A DNA stretch of 64,000 bases from Candidatus Nezhaarchaeales archaeon (GCA_038887515.1 JAWAKK010000002.1:1-64000); one strand, 5' to 3'; shown: positions 1 to 10,440, counted from the stretch's first letter. The notes: generated by a model from the sequence alone, not told the origin. Numbers and translations are program-made.

Positions 1-286
1 GGAAGCCCTTGGCCGCCAGCTCATTCTTGAGCCGCTCGACGAGCAGCGAAACAGCGTACTCATGTAGGTTCCTCCAAACCCTATCTACCTCCTCATCCCC
101 AGAGTAGCCAACCTTAAGCCTCTCAATAATGCAGCGCTCACAAAGGTTCTCCATCAGCAGGTCAATGACCTTCTTACTGCTGACACTGCTGGAATATTTA
201 GCGGCTATCTCCGCAGCCAAACTGATTAATGTATCCCTTAGCTGAATTACCTCCTTGTCAAATACGCCTAGTTGATCTGATTCCAT
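1..286 (-). CDS. Hypothetical protein, runs off the window edge (MESDQLGVFDKEVIQLRDTLISLAAEIAAKYSS...)
   Basis: Manual translation: open from ATG at 286 (alternative in-frame ATG at 307) to position 1, directly downstream of the 334-1425 gene. Confidence 0.6.
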   Translation of the reverse strand, partial: MESDQLGVFDKEVIQLRDTLISLAAEIAAKYSSSVSSKKVIDLLMENLCERCIIERLKVGYSGDEEVDRVWRNLHEYAVSLLVERLKNELAAKGF

Positions 287-333
287 AGGCGCCGCCCCAT
301 AGGCCATGTGGGGATACGCATATGCGTGAAGAT

Positions 334-1425
334 CTATCCATCCTCCTTAATCTGCCTGATGAGGTCCCTTAGCTGCTTAAGCGTTTTTTCTCTGGCATCT
401 ATCTCCCTGGCTAGGGCCTCCAGCTTAGCCATGGATACATCCATCTTATACTCCTCGGAGATCCTACCGGTCCTCTCGAACTCCAGCATCTTTGCAGCGA
501 TCCTAAGTTCCCTCCTAAGTATCTTCTCCAGGAGCCTGAGGTGGACGTTGTTTTCGGAGCACGGGTAGTCCTTCCAGCCGAGCCACTCCCATGTCTCCCA
601 GTCAATTGAGAATTTTAGTGATCCATCCTCATCGACCGCTATCTGGTATGGTGAGGCTAGCGCTAGAATGGCGTTGAGCACCGGTATAGCCCTCCTTAAG
701 ACCTCGGCTTTGCATTCTAGAAGCCTCCTCTCAGACTCCTCAGCCCTCTGCCACCACACGCCCCTTATCGGCACATTTAGAGCCCACTCGTTTGATCCTC
801 CGAGGACCGTTGCCAGAGCCTTGTTTATCAGCGGTCTCCAGAAGACCTCCTCCTCAACGGCCCGCGCCCTAGCCTCTCCATAAGCCTTCTCAGTCTCCCT
901 GTAGTCTGCTATGGCGCATATGAGCGCAGCCTCATGGAGAGACATATATAGGGTCCTTCTCCTCTCGGACTCCCAGCTGCCCGGGTACATGACCTCGCCA
1001 TTTCGGCAGACGATCCAAATATCGTTGGCAGCCCTGCCCAGGAGCCTAGAGTACCAGCCGCACCTATCCTGGAGCGCTACAATAACCTTGGCGAAGTTAT
1101 CCCTAGACTTAATGGCTCCCGCGCGCCTCTCAATTTTATCTTTAGCCGGATAGCGCTCGCACTCAACATAAACATTGTAGTCTCCGTCCCTAGCGAATAT
1201 ATCCACATATATTGGCTCGCCATTACCTGTCTCAACGACCTTCTCGAAGCTTATATCGGTATAGCCCTCACGCAGCATATAAAGCGCAGTATAAAGCCTA
1301 ACCAACTCATGCGCCCGGCTACCACGCTTAGGAGCCCCCTCATAGGCATCCCTAAGCTCGGATGGTAAATCCTTAATAACCCTGCCGATTAATCCATTAT
1401 CATTCAACCTAGACACGGTAACCAC
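334..1425 (-). CDS. Hypothetical protein with N-terminal PD-(D/E)xK nuclease-like motif and helical C-terminus
   Basis: 363-aa ORF; pattern H...E(K)...VDIFA...VYVECE resembles the restriction-endonuclease fold. Confidence 0.6.
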   Translation of the reverse strand: MVTVSRLNDNGLIGRVIKDLPSELRDAYEGAPKRGSRAHELVRLYTALYMLREGYTDISFEKVVETGNGEPIYVDIFARDGDYNVYVECERYPAKDKIERRAGAIKSRDNFAKVIVALQDRCGWYSRLLGRAANDIWIVCRNGEVMYPGSWESERRRTLYMSLHEAALICAIADYRETEKAYGEARARAVEEEVFWRPLINKALATVLGGSNEWALNVPIRGVWWQRAEESERRLLECKAEVLRRAIPVLNAILALASPYQIAVDEDGSLKFSIDWETWEWLGWKDYPCSENNVHLRLLEKILRRELRIAAKMLEFERTGRISEEYKMDVSMAKLEALAREIDAREKTLKQLRDLIRQIKEDG

Positions 1426-1508
1426 CTCATATGTTCCGTGCAGCGCAGTTCATACATCACATACCACTCAAATAGTATATTTAGCACATCTCTCCTTTAT
1501 AAACTTTG

Positions 1509-1529
1509 TGGTATGAGTGGCTTATACCA
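1509..1529. promoter_or_regulatory. Inverted-repeat operator candidate in divergent promoter region
   Basis: TGGTATGAG-tgg-CTTATACCA (1 mismatch), extra half-site CATACCA at 1460-1466, between divergent 334-1425 and the RHH gene. Confidence 0.45.
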
Positions 1530-1583
1530 TACAAATAACATAAACTTTATATACTTAATGAGCATCATAGATATCGATGTGAT

Positions 1584-1748
1584 ATGCTGAGAAAGTATCC
1601 AAAGACAAACTTATTCATTATAGATGAGGAATTGTGGAAGTGGGCAAAATATAGGGCGTCGGTATTGGGCTATAATTCGGTTTCAGAATATCTGTTTGAT
1701 CTGATAAGAAAGGATAGAGAAAGAGTGGAACAGGAAAAGCGGCAATAA
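1584..1748 (+). CDS. Small ribbon-helix-helix (CopG-like) DNA-binding protein, 54 aa
   Basis: Below ORF-track cutoff; MLRKYPKTNLFIIDEELWKWAKYRASVLGYNSVSEYLFDLIRKDRERVEQEKRQ has the RHH pattern (IDEELW...G..SVSEY...LI); TATA-like TTTATATA upstream. Confidence 0.75.
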   Translation: MLRKYPKTNLFIIDEELWKWAKYRASVLGYNSVSEYLFDLIRKDRERVEQEKRQ

Positions 1749-1923
1749 GCTCAAGGTTTCCTGCTATAGCTGTCGCTATACTTGGCCATGGAAAGCAAGA
1801 AAAATAGGCTCAGCTCATTCAGCATCTGGACAAGTAGGGATCTTAGGGAATAGTCTTGTATCCACCAGGGCTTATACCTTAATGTATTTCAATAATTGAT
1901 AAAATTTCGCATTCACGTCTTCC

Positions 1924-3582
1924 TCATGTATTTGTGATATTTAGCCTAGGCGTCTTCGTGTGAATTATGTCTATCCTCTTTGGCCTAATTATGCTGATTA
2001 TTGTTTTGATCTCATGTGGGTAGTAGTGGCCTGATGCCCTCATCAAGTATGCCTGCGTGCCGAGCTTAAGGAGCCAGTTCCTTATCGCTTCGTATTCTTG
2101 GGCCTCTTCGACCCTCGGCTCCGGCTCGCTTAATACCACGGCAGAGCCCCTTGGCAGGGCGCCGGCATCCCTTAAATCCCTTAACACGTCAATCACTTCA
2201 TGGTATGATGCTATTAGAATCGAGTTTTCGTCAATGTCTGTGAGACTTGCGCCCTCAAAGCGCGATAATATTTTTACATAGTCGGTGATGGCTTTTGGCC
2301 TGGTCTGGAGGTTTACGGCGGTCTCCATGAGCTTTGCGGCACCCTCTGAAGCAATGTATATGTTCCTCCCTGCCTGAAGCGCCAGCCTATCTAGGAGGAG
2401 GATGTACTCTAGGTCGAGTGGATGCATCGTTGCAATTACTAGGGTGTGCGCGGCGATTATCCTTCTGAGCATTGCTTCTTCCTCGGCTGGCGAGATTGGA
2501 GCCCTGATTGAGCCTAGGTTAGTCCCCTCAATTATTAGCCTATCGACCCTGATGTCCCTGTTCTCGCTTAGATACTCAAGCATGCTTATTCCGCCGTGAA
2601 CCTTAATGAACTCCTCGTCTTTCAAGAAGCCCTCAACCCTAAAGTCCCCGGTGTAGAGTACCGTCTCGTTGCTTCCAAAGTATAGGAGAGCGTATGCCGG
2701 GTAAGCGCTGTGCGATACTGGCAGCGGCATCACGTTGTTCTCGTCGGTTTCCAGGGGCCTAAGCTCCTCAATCCCGATATAGTATTTTCTCAGAATCATC
2801 GAGAGCCACGTCGGCGAATCGCGCCACTTCTCCTCTAAAACCTCATATATGCTCAGGCTCGGCAGGTAAACCTTGGTTCTCGACGGAATGTTTGAGAGCA
2901 GGCCGAGGTGATCCAGGTGCATGTGCGATATGTAGATGGCGTTTGCCCCCTCATACCACTCAGCCTTGGGCGCGGCGCCTATCTCCCTAAGCTCCCTTAA
3001 ACCTTTAGGCGCTATGAAGCCCCTATAGAACCTCTCCATTACATCGAACCTTAAACCCTGGTCGAATATTAGCGCTCGATCCCTATCCTCCATCCTAATG
3101 AAGTTTCCCGAGTAGCCTGCCCGGTCAACTATCAACGCGCAAAGTATAGGGCCTACGAAGAGGCCTAGAGACCAAGAAGTATTGAAGAAACCTAGGTATT
3201 TAGTTCTATTGTCTTCGCTAGTAACATCAGAGATAAGCGCTTCCGCTGGCGCCCATAGAAATGATAGACCAAGGCCTTGGAGCATCTTGACCAGTGCAAG
3301 GTGTAAAGGGGAGCTAGAAAATAGGAAGAAAGGGGTAGCTGCCGTATTGACTATTACGCCTATCATGATGCTCTTTAACCTGCCAATCCTTTCACTCCAC
3401 AAACCTGCGAGGACCGGAAATATACAGTATGGAGTTGATGCTGCTACGCCTATTAGTCCTAAATCTGTATAGCTCGCTCCAAGCTTCTTAGCGTAGAGCG
3501 GGACTATGGGATTGGCAATTCCTATTGATATCGAGGTTATGAAAATGGACGCCAATAATGCTACAACGCTCCTATTGTCCAT
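1924..3582 (-). CDS. In-frame chimera: N-terminal half of an MFS transporter fused to an MBL-fold/beta-CASP (RNase J-like) hydrolase
   Basis: aa 1-~157 hydrophobic with MFS motif A (GLWSERIGR); remainder has SHMHLDH, VSHS, YTGDF, IIEGT, ASGH, IIHT motifs. Confidence 0.7.
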   Translation of the reverse strand: MDNRSVVALLASIFITSISIGIANPIVPLYAKKLGASYTDLGLIGVAASTPYCIFPVLAGLWSERIGRLKSIMIGVIVNTAATPFFLFSSSPLHLALVKMLQGLGLSFLWAPAEALISDVTSEDNRTKYLGFFNTSWSLGLFVGPILCALIVDRAGYSGNFIRMEDRDRALIFDQGLRFDVMERFYRGFIAPKGLRELREIGAAPKAEWYEGANAIYISHMHLDHLGLLSNIPSRTKVYLPSLSIYEVLEEKWRDSPTWLSMILRKYYIGIEELRPLETDENNVMPLPVSHSAYPAYALLYFGSNETVLYTGDFRVEGFLKDEEFIKVHGGISMLEYLSENRDIRVDRLIIEGTNLGSIRAPISPAEEEAMLRRIIAAHTLVIATMHPLDLEYILLLDRLALQAGRNIYIASEGAAKLMETAVNLQTRPKAITDYVKILSRFEGASLTDIDENSILIASYHEVIDVLRDLRDAGALPRGSAVVLSEPEPRVEEAQEYEAIRNWLLKLGTQAYLMRASGHYYPHEIKTIISIIRPKRIDIIHTKTPRLNITNT

Positions 3583-3640
3583 CGACTAAAACCTCGAAGT
3601 CGAGTAACGCTTAATCTTACTATCTAACATAAATAACTTC

Positions 3641-4084
3641 ATGGCTCATAACGAGTTAAGATTAATGGCTGTAAGCGTGACGAGCCCGCGTCTAAGGAAT
3701 AAAGACTTGCTAATTTACAGCGCTTGCCTACCCACGGAGTATCCAGAGTTGTTTGAGCAAGCAGCCGTGGGTAGGGTGCCGCTGAGTGTATGCATGAGCG
3801 AGGAACATTTAGACAAGGTTGGCTTCAAAATAGCTACGATAATTGCGTATGCTAAGCCCAGCTCGATATCCGTACTAACGATGGACGGCTCACCACACTG
3901 CACGCAATTGCATGCTATAGTTGAGCAAGTAAGAAAGATAGCTAAAGAAGACGTAAGTGTCAAACACTTTGTAGTTGAAAAAGGCGTTGCAGTAGAGGTT
4001 TCAAGTGAAGCGGTCTATCTGTCGAGGCACCTATCGAAGATACACGAGCTTCTTAATGCTCAAGAAACAAGGAAAAGCCTATAA
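3641..4084 (+). CDS. Putative iron-sulfur cluster-binding protein (conserved archaeal family)
   Basis: Motifs SAC, VCMSEEH, MDGSPHC. Confidence 0.55.
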   Translation: MAHNELRLMAVSVTSPRLRNKDLLIYSACLPTEYPELFEQAAVGRVPLSVCMSEEHLDKVGFKIATIIAYAKPSSISVLTMDGSPHCTQLHAIVEQVRKIAKEDVSVKHFVVEKGVAVEVSSEAVYLSRHLSKIHELLNAQETRKSL

Positions 4085-4112
4085 TCCACTTATCTCACTC
4101 AATCTACTGCAA

Positions 4113-4190
4113 GCGGCCGTAGTCTAGCCTGGACTAGGACAGCAGCCTGCCACGCTGCGGACCCGGGTTCAAATCCCGGCGGCCGCACCA
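4113..4190 (+). tRNA. tRNA-Gly (GCC), intronless, CCA encoded
   Basis: Acceptor stem GCGGCCG/CGGCCGC, anticodon arm GCAGC-CT-GCC-AC-GCTGC (anticodon 4149-4151), T-arm CCGGG-TTCAAAT-CCCGG, ends ACCA. Confidence 0.97.
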
Positions 4191-4276
4191 CTATGGTGCT
4201 TTAGCTCGTTCCTTTTGGGCGCTCGATGCATAAAGGGGCTTCGAACGTCCGCTAAAGTTAGAAAGCGCTATAACCG

Positions 4277-5623
4277 TCAGTGCCCGGACGCAGGGTGCTT
4301 TACGATGAAGTCGTTGCTTATCGCAAACTTAACGTACCTCTTCGGCCGCTCTACAAGCTCGCGTATCTCGTTTTCAAGTTCGCTACGTCCCAGGGTTCTC
4401 CTTGAAAGCCCGAGCTCTATGGCCTTTCTCGCCACCGCTATAGCCTCTCTCACGTACGCTTCCTCTTCGTCCATCCTGGGAATTACGTACTCCTCGTGTA
4501 TGCCCTTCTCCTCAGCGTACCCTGCTAGCGCATAAGCCGCGGCCACGAACATCTCGTCGACCATCTTCTTAGCTCTAACAGTTAAAATGCCCCTAAAAAC
4601 TGCTGGAAATCCGAGGCTATTGTTTATTTGGTTAGGAAAATCCGATCTACCAGTAGCCACTATTCTAGCACCTCCCTCCTTAGCTTCCCAAGGCCATATC
4701 TCTGGTACCGGATTTGCTTCCGCAAACACTATAGCATCTTTATTCATCTCCCTCACCCATTCTTTTTTAATCACTCCCGGACCTGGTGTCGATGCTGCTA
4801 CGACTACGTCTGCCCCCCTCATAGCCTCTCTGATGCCGCCCGTTACCCCTTCACCGTTGCTCTCTACAGCGATGGCGTATTTCCATGGGTTCTCGATTCT
4901 CAGACGCTCTAGGTCCGACCTATTACTATGCAAAATCCCCTTACTGTCTACGGCAACTATGTTCTTCGGGTTCACTCCGACTGCTTTGAGGTACTTGTAA
5001 AGGGCTACGTTAGCTGCCCCGGTACCAATTAACGTTATTTTGATCTCGTTCATCTTCTTGCCAACCACTTTTAGTGCACTTATGAGGGCAGCTATGTTTA
5101 CTAGAGCAGTACCCTGCTGGTCGTCGTGCCATACAGGGATCTCTAAGATCTCTTGTAACCTTTCTAGTATGTAAAAACACTTGGGAGACTCTATATCTTC
5201 TAGATTTATGGCCCCAAAGCTTGGTTCTAGGGACTTTACTATGTAGACGAGTTTATCCGGATCGCGTTCTCTCAAGATTATTGGAACTGCGTCCACACCG
5301 CCCAGGTACTTAAAGAGTAGGGACTTCCCCTCCATAACCGGGAGGGCTGCTTCCGGGCCGACGTCGCCCAGCCCTAGAACCCTTGTACCATCGCTAACTA
5401 CAGCAGCATAGTTCCACCTACAGGTGTACTCGAAGGATAGGTCTCCATTCTCCTCAAATATCCTCCTGCATGGAGCAGCTACGCCAGGCGTATACCATAT
5501 TGAGAAGTCGTCTAGCTTAGTTATAGGAACCTTCGGGACTACCTCTATCTTACCTCTATATTCTCTATGGAGGGACAAGGAGGTCTCGAACCAATTTACA
5601 TTGCTCCCATTCATGTGCCCCAA
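4277..5623 (-). CDS. maeB: NAD(P)-dependent malic enzyme
   Basis: YTPGVA, SDGTRVLGLG, PVMEGK, INLEDI, HDDQQGTA, ATGRSDFPNQINN. Confidence 0.92.
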   Translation of the reverse strand: MGHMNGSNVNWFETSLSLHREYRGKIEVVPKVPITKLDDFSIWYTPGVAAPCRRIFEENGDLSFEYTCRWNYAAVVSDGTRVLGLGDVGPEAALPVMEGKSLLFKYLGGVDAVPIILRERDPDKLVYIVKSLEPSFGAINLEDIESPKCFYILERLQEILEIPVWHDDQQGTALVNIAALISALKVVGKKMNEIKITLIGTGAANVALYKYLKAVGVNPKNIVAVDSKGILHSNRSDLERLRIENPWKYAIAVESNGEGVTGGIREAMRGADVVVAASTPGPGVIKKEWVREMNKDAIVFAEANPVPEIWPWEAKEGGARIVATGRSDFPNQINNSLGFPAVFRGILTVRAKKMVDEMFVAAAYALAGYAEEKGIHEEYVIPRMDEEEAYVREAIAVARKAIELGLSRRTLGRSELENEIRELVERPKRYVKFAISNDFIVKHPASGH

Positions 5624-5861
5624 CTCGATACATTGAGTTAAACAAAGTACAATATGTAAGTTGCTGGATATTCAGCTATCTAGACCTCAAATCGGGTTTA
5701 ATAGTTCTAGGCTTCAAGTCATTTATGGGCAACGAGTCGCTAAAAGCCTCTAAACTTAGGCGTACTTTCGTAGTGACTAAAATTTAAATCGCCTAAGAGG
5801 GGCATAACCAAGGGAAGTATGGGTTCCGAAGGAGTTGCTCTAGCCAGCGGATGGCTACGGA

Positions 5862-5980
5862 TATTGTGCATCAAAAGTAGCTCTCTTAGGTCTTAGAAGG
5901 GCTTAGGCTTTAGGGCTCGCCAACTTTAGCATCGTAGTTAATACAATAGCTCCAGGTCCAACAGAAACGCCAGGTACCAA
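5862..5980 (+). pseudogene. Short-chain dehydrogenase/reductase fragment
   Basis: Reads YCASKVALLGLRRA*ALGLANFSIVVNTIAPGPTETPG (YxxxK and VNxIAPG motifs) with an internal stop and no N-terminus. Confidence 0.7.
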
Positions 5981-6176
5981 GATCGCCTTACGCACGAGGC
6001 TAAAGGAGCTTACGTTAGAGCTATGCCAATCAGTAAGTTGAGGCCCTAGTAGACGTAGCTGAGATAGTTGCGTCCCTAGCAGTCTGAGAAGGCAGGACTT
6101 ATAACCAGGTAACTCATAGTCGTCGATGGGAGTATACTGTCCAGTAAATCTCGCCTGGACAAAAACGTCGATAGAA

Positions 6177-6917
6177 ATGGTTGATATTATGATTGCAGTC
6201 AAAGTCTCCGGCCTAGTTAAGCACTTTGGAAGTACAACGGTCCTTAAAGGTGTGAGTTTTCAAGTTAAAGAGGGCGAAATCTTCGGTTTGATAGGGCCTA
6301 ATGGCGCTGGCAAGACTACTACGCTTAGGATTTTAGCTACTTTGCTTACCCCATCTGAAGGAATCGTCGAGATCTTCGGCCTCAATGTCGTAGAGAAAGC
6401 CGATGAAGTCAGAAAGATCATCAGTTATTTACCCGAAGAGGCCGGGGTTTATGCTAGACTTAGTGGGCTTGAATACTTGGAGTTCATGGCTAGCCTTTAC
6501 GCCAAGGACGCCAAGGAACTTAGAGAAATGGTAAGCGAAGGAGTGAGCATAGCTGGTTTAGGAGAGAAAATTAGGAATAGGGCTGCGACTTACAGTAAAG
6601 GTATGAAGAGGAGGCTCTTAATAGCTAGAACGTTGATGATTAAACCTAAGCTGGCAATCCTTGACGAGCCGACGAGCGGTCTAGACGTAGTTCACGCCTA
6701 CCACATAAGAAGGATTATAAAGGACTACGTTAAACGACATGGATTGACCGTCGTCCTGTCAAGCCACAACATGTTCGAGGTCGACTTCCTATGCGATAGA
6801 GTTGCGCTAATCCACGACGGCCAAATAATCGCTGAAGGCTCTCCACGCGAACTCAAGGAGGCCTATGGAGCTGAAAACCTTGAAGAGGTCTTTGCGAAGG
6901 TGACTAAGATTGGTTAG
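6177..6917 (+). CDS. ABC-2 type exporter ATP-binding subunit
   Basis: GPNGAGKTT, YSKGM signature, ILDEPT; start likely 6177 or 6189 rather than 6126. Confidence 0.9.
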   Translation: MVDIMIAVKVSGLVKHFGSTTVLKGVSFQVKEGEIFGLIGPNGAGKTTTLRILATLLTPSEGIVEIFGLNVVEKADEVRKIISYLPEEAGVYARLSGLEYLEFMASLYAKDAKELREMVSEGVSIAGLGEKIRNRAATYSKGMKRRLLIARTLMIKPKLAILDEPTSGLDVVHAYHIRRIIKDYVKRHGLTVVLSSHNMFEVDFLCDRVALIHDGQIIAEGSPRELKEAYGAENLEEVFAKVTKIG

Positions 6918-8211
6918 GTACGCGAAGACCATCATCCTCAAGGAACTTAAAGAGTTGATAAGGGATCCGAGGATATTGCTTGGCGTGATCTTAGTACCGC
7001 TACTAATATTTCCAATCATGGGTTCATCCTTCTTCGTCATTAGTGAAGTGGCGCAAAGGGAGACCATGGCTATTCGAGTTTCTTTAGTAGATGAAGACCG
7101 CTCGGTTTATTCCCGCTTACTGTTTGAAATGCTTAACAACCATCCAAGCATAGTCCTCGTCGACTTGAATCACACGCATTGGGTTGAAGACGCGATATCT
7201 AAGAACGTTAGAGCCATAATTAGGATCCCTCAAGGCCTTGCAAGCAATTTGAGTATTGGGCTTCCAGGAACGGTGGAACTCTACGTCGTTGCGAGAACTA
7301 TCAGTCCAAGCGAGACTGGGACTTACAACGTAATAAACTACGTATTAAGTGGCTTCTCCCAAGCAATATCCACGACCATAATTGACTCGCACGCGCCTAC
7401 GTTAAATGCATTGACGGTTTTAAGGCCGATAGTTGTAGATAGCAAGACCATCTTTAAGGGAGAGGTGATAGATGTCGCGCCTGAAAGCTTCATTTCTGCT
7501 ACCATGAGTCAGACCATGATGGTTCCAGTCATAATAATGATCTTGATGATGCTAGCGGCTCAGGTTGCCGTTACGTCTATTGCCGTAGAAAAAGAGGAGA
7601 AGACTCTTGAAACGTTACTTACGCTACCGGTTAAGAGGGTCACAGTACTTTGGGGGAAGCTCATTGGCTCGGCTATCGTCGCGGCAATAGGCGTTGTAGC
7701 GTACATGGTAGGCTTCAGTTACTACATGAACAGTATAACGTCCATGGTTACCAGTCAGCAGGCCCCCGCTCTCAGCAATTTATATGTTGAAATTTCGCTC
7801 GAAGGCTATGCTTTAATTGCGGTTTCCCTCTTCTTGTCTTTAATGTCCACGCTGGCCTTGGCGGTGCTACTCGGATCTTACACCCAAGACGTAAGGAGTG
7901 CGCACTCGCTTCTAGGCGTACTCTTCGTTCCGATATTCATACCCACGTTTATCTTGATGTTTACCGACGTCTCGGCATTACCTCTTAGTTTACAATTGAT
8001 TTTATATGCGATTCCGTTTTCGCATCCAATGATAGCGGCAAAGTCAGTAATCTTCGGCGATTACTTAACTCCAATCCTCGGGATCCTGTACAACGTTGTG
8101 TTTATGTTGGTCGTCCTACAAGTCGCAGCAAAATTCTTTAGTAGCGAGAAGGTGGTAACAGCGAGGATCGTATTAAGTAGGAGGAAGGGTGCTCAGCGGA
8201 TTAGGGTCTAA
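6910..8211 (+). CDS. ABC-2 type permease (NatB-like)
   Basis: KELKELIRD N-terminus, EKEEKTLETLLTLP motif, multiple TM segments; overlaps ATPase gene. Confidence 0.88.
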   Translation: MVRYAKTIILKELKELIRDPRILLGVILVPLLIFPIMGSSFFVISEVAQRETMAIRVSLVDEDRSVYSRLLFEMLNNHPSIVLVDLNHTHWVEDAISKNVRAIIRIPQGLASNLSIGLPGTVELYVVARTISPSETGTYNVINYVLSGFSQAISTTIIDSHAPTLNALTVLRPIVVDSKTIFKGEVIDVAPESFISATMSQTMMVPVIIMILMMLAAQVAVTSIAVEKEEKTLETLLTLPVKRVTVLWGKLIGSAIVAAIGVVAYMVGFSYYMNSITSMVTSQQAPALSNLYVEISLEGYALIAVSLFLSLMSTLALAVLLGSYTQDVRSAHSLLGVLFVPIFIPTFILMFTDVSALPLSLQLILYAIPFSHPMIAAKSVIFGDYLTPILGILYNVVFMLVVLQVAAKFFSSEKVVTARIVLSRRKGAQRIRV

Positions 8212-8899
8212 AGGTATAGGGATTGGAAGGCTCGTGGCCCTCTCCGGACACCTTCCTGTAAAACAATACAAGCCTGTTCGTTACTATCTCCGTTAAAGTC
8301 ACGAGCTCTTCAATTGGCAAGTTTACCTCCTTTACTTCCTCTCCTACCATTATGTTTGCGCCCGACGGCATCTCTTCTCCTCCTTGCCAGAATGTTATCC
8401 TAATCCTAACGCCGTTAATTGGCGTTACCTCGAAACTCCAAGAAGCACTTAAGTGCTCAACCATTACCCCGCCTACACAGCTTACGGTCTCCTTAACCTC
8501 ATCGATGCGTGAACCATCCATCTCCGTTACGAGGAAGTCCAAGATCTTCTTTTCATAGAGTTTAGCTACGCTTCCTCCTTGTAGGCATGAGAAATTGATT
8601 AACCTCCCCTTTGAAGTAACGAGCCTTCCATTAAGGGCTCTATCAATGGCGTTTAAAATGCACGGCAATAACCTAGAAGAATCCTCTTTCCTCCCAAGAG
8701 GATCGAGAACTTCTAGCTCAAAGATGCCTTCACGTAAAATTAAGTTAAAGATGATTCCAAATACTCTTACCTCCAGCTGCTTGTCGATGTCGATGGAAAT
8801 CCTACCATTTACTGCCTTCGCTATTAAGTGGGCGTTAAAGCTCGTTACCCTACTCAACAATGAAGAGGCCCTCTCTTTAAGGGTATCCGCGAGCTGCAT
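8201..8899 (-). CDS. Conserved hypothetical protein (DUF3786-like)
   Basis: INFSCLQGG..Y and ITFWQGGEEMPSGANI segments recall DUF3786. Confidence 0.55.
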   Translation of the reverse strand: MQLADTLKERASSLLSRVTSFNAHLIAKAVNGRISIDIDKQLEVRVFGIIFNLILREGIFELEVLDPLGRKEDSSRLLPCILNAIDRALNGRLVTSKGRLINFSCLQGGSVAKLYEKKILDFLVTEMDGSRIDEVKETVSCVGGVMVEHLSASWSFEVTPINGVRIRITFWQGGEEMPSGANIMVGEEVKEVNLPIEELVTLTEIVTNRLVLFYRKVSGEGHEPSNPYTFRP

Positions 8900-9040
8900 A
8901 GCTTTCTTTTGGCTTACGTTATATTAATGATTGCGGCTTAAGTTTTGAACGGAAACCGCTAGGAATAATACTGCTAGCATCTTTAGTAAAGTATATTTAC
9001 CGCCATTTAGTTCTCTCTATTTCACAAAAATACTGTAAGA

Positions 9041-9499
9041 GTGACTTCCATGTCTCAGGAGTTTAAGCACATAGTCAGGATCGCTGGAGTCGATATAAAC
9101 GGGGGATTAAACATAGAGGAGGGTCTAGCTAAGATTAGAGGAGTAGGATTTACTCTTGCCAAAGCAATGGTAAATGTACTTGACCTTGATAGAAGTATGA
9201 GGATTGGATATTTGCCAGACGTAGTCGTTAAGAAAATTGAAGATGTTATTTCGAACCCGTTAAAATACGGGATTCCTTCTTGGGCCCTCAATAGGCAGAA
9301 GGACTATAAGACCGGAGCGCACAAGCTCCTCATAGGATCCGACCTCGTACTTACCGTTAGAGAAGATGTTGAGAGACTTAAGAAAATTAAGTGCTGGCGC
9401 GGTATAAGGCATGCCTTGGGTCTCAAGGTTAGGGGACAATGTACTAGGACTACTGGCAGAGTGGGTTTAACCATTGGAGTTAAGAAGAAGCCTAAATAA
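9041..9499 (+). CDS. rps13: 30S ribosomal protein S13
   Basis: IVRIAGVDI, WRGIRHALGLKVRGQ. Confidence 0.97.
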   Translation: MTSMSQEFKHIVRIAGVDINGGLNIEEGLAKIRGVGFTLAKAMVNVLDLDRSMRIGYLPDVVVKKIEDVISNPLKYGIPSWALNRQKDYKTGAHKLLIGSDLVLTVREDVERLKKIKCWRGIRHALGLKVRGQCTRTTGRVGLTIGVKKKPK

Positions 9500-9514
9500 G
9501 TTAGGGGTGGTCTC

Positions 9515-10009
9515 ATGGGGGATCCTAAAAAGCCTCGAAAAACTTGGAAAGGTCCTCGACATCCGTGGAAGAGAGATGCCCTTAGAAAGGAGATGGAGCT
9601 CCTTGGAGTCTACGGCCTTAGGAATAAGCGTGAACTCTGGAAGGCTATGAGCATTTTAAGGAAAATTAGGCATCAGGCTAGGAAATTATTGGCCCAAAAG
9701 GATGAGAAGCAAGCTCGAGAGCTTCTATCTAAACTTTACAGGCTCGGCTTATTGCCCGAAAATGCAACTCTAGACGACGTCTTATCGCTAAAAGTTGAAG
9801 ATGTCCTTGAGAGGAGGTTGCAGACCATAGTCTTCCGAAAAGGTTTAGCGAAGAGCATACACCACGCCCGCCAGCTAATAGTCCATAGGCATGTGGCTAT
9901 AGGTGGAATGATAGTTACGACTCCCAACAGGCTACTTACGATAGATGAAGAAAAGCTAGTCCACGTAGTGGGGCAACCGATAACCGTAGAACAAAGTAGA
10001 GGTGGGTGA
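9515..10009 (+). CDS. rps4: 30S ribosomal protein S4
   Basis: [28 protein letters not shown]. Confidence 0.97.
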   Translation: MGDPKKPRKTWKGPRHPWKRDALRKEMELLGVYGLRNKRELWKAMSILRKIRHQARKLLAQKDEKQARELLSKLYRLGLLPENATLDDVLSLKVEDVLERRLQTIVFRKGLAKSIHHARQLIVHRHVAIGGMIVTTPNRLLTIDEEKLVHVVGQPITVEQSRGG

Positions 10010-10425
10010 TGATGTCTTCTACCCCTCAAGCACAGGCAAAGGCCCTCAATTGGGGCATTGCTTGGATATACGCTAGCTTCAACAACACCATAATACTGAT
10101 AACCGACATGACCGGTGCTGAGACCGTCGCTCGGGCCTCTGGAGGTATGGTCGTAAAGGCTGATAGAGAGAAGCCATCGCCCTATGCGGCTATGCTTGCA
10201 GCCACTAGGGCAGCCAAAATGGCTATGGAGAGAGGCATAAATGCGATACACATTAGGGTCAGGGCACCGGGCGGTAGCGGTCCGAAGATACCGGGCCCAG
10301 GAGCTCAAGCAGCTATAAGAGCTTTAGCTAGAGCCGGACTGCTAATAGGTAGCATAGAGGACGTTACTCCGATACCTCATGACCACATAAGGAAGCCTGG
10401 CGGCAGGCGCGGTAGGAGAGTTTAG
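10006..10425 (+). CDS. rps11: 30S ribosomal protein S11
   Basis: [29 protein letters not shown]. Confidence 0.97.
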   Translation: MMMSSTPQAQAKALNWGIAWIYASFNNTIILITDMTGAETVARASGGMVVKADREKPSPYAAMLAATRAAKMAMERGINAIHIRVRAPGGSGPKIPGPGAQAAIRALARAGLLIGSIEDVTPIPHDHIRKPGGRRGRRV

Positions 10426-10440
10426 GAGGACAAAGCTACG

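Noticed and set aside
4113-4190. tRNA-Gly as an integration site or intron-containing tRNA
   Set aside because: No duplicate tRNA segment or integrase seen in the window; the cloverleaf is complete without an intron
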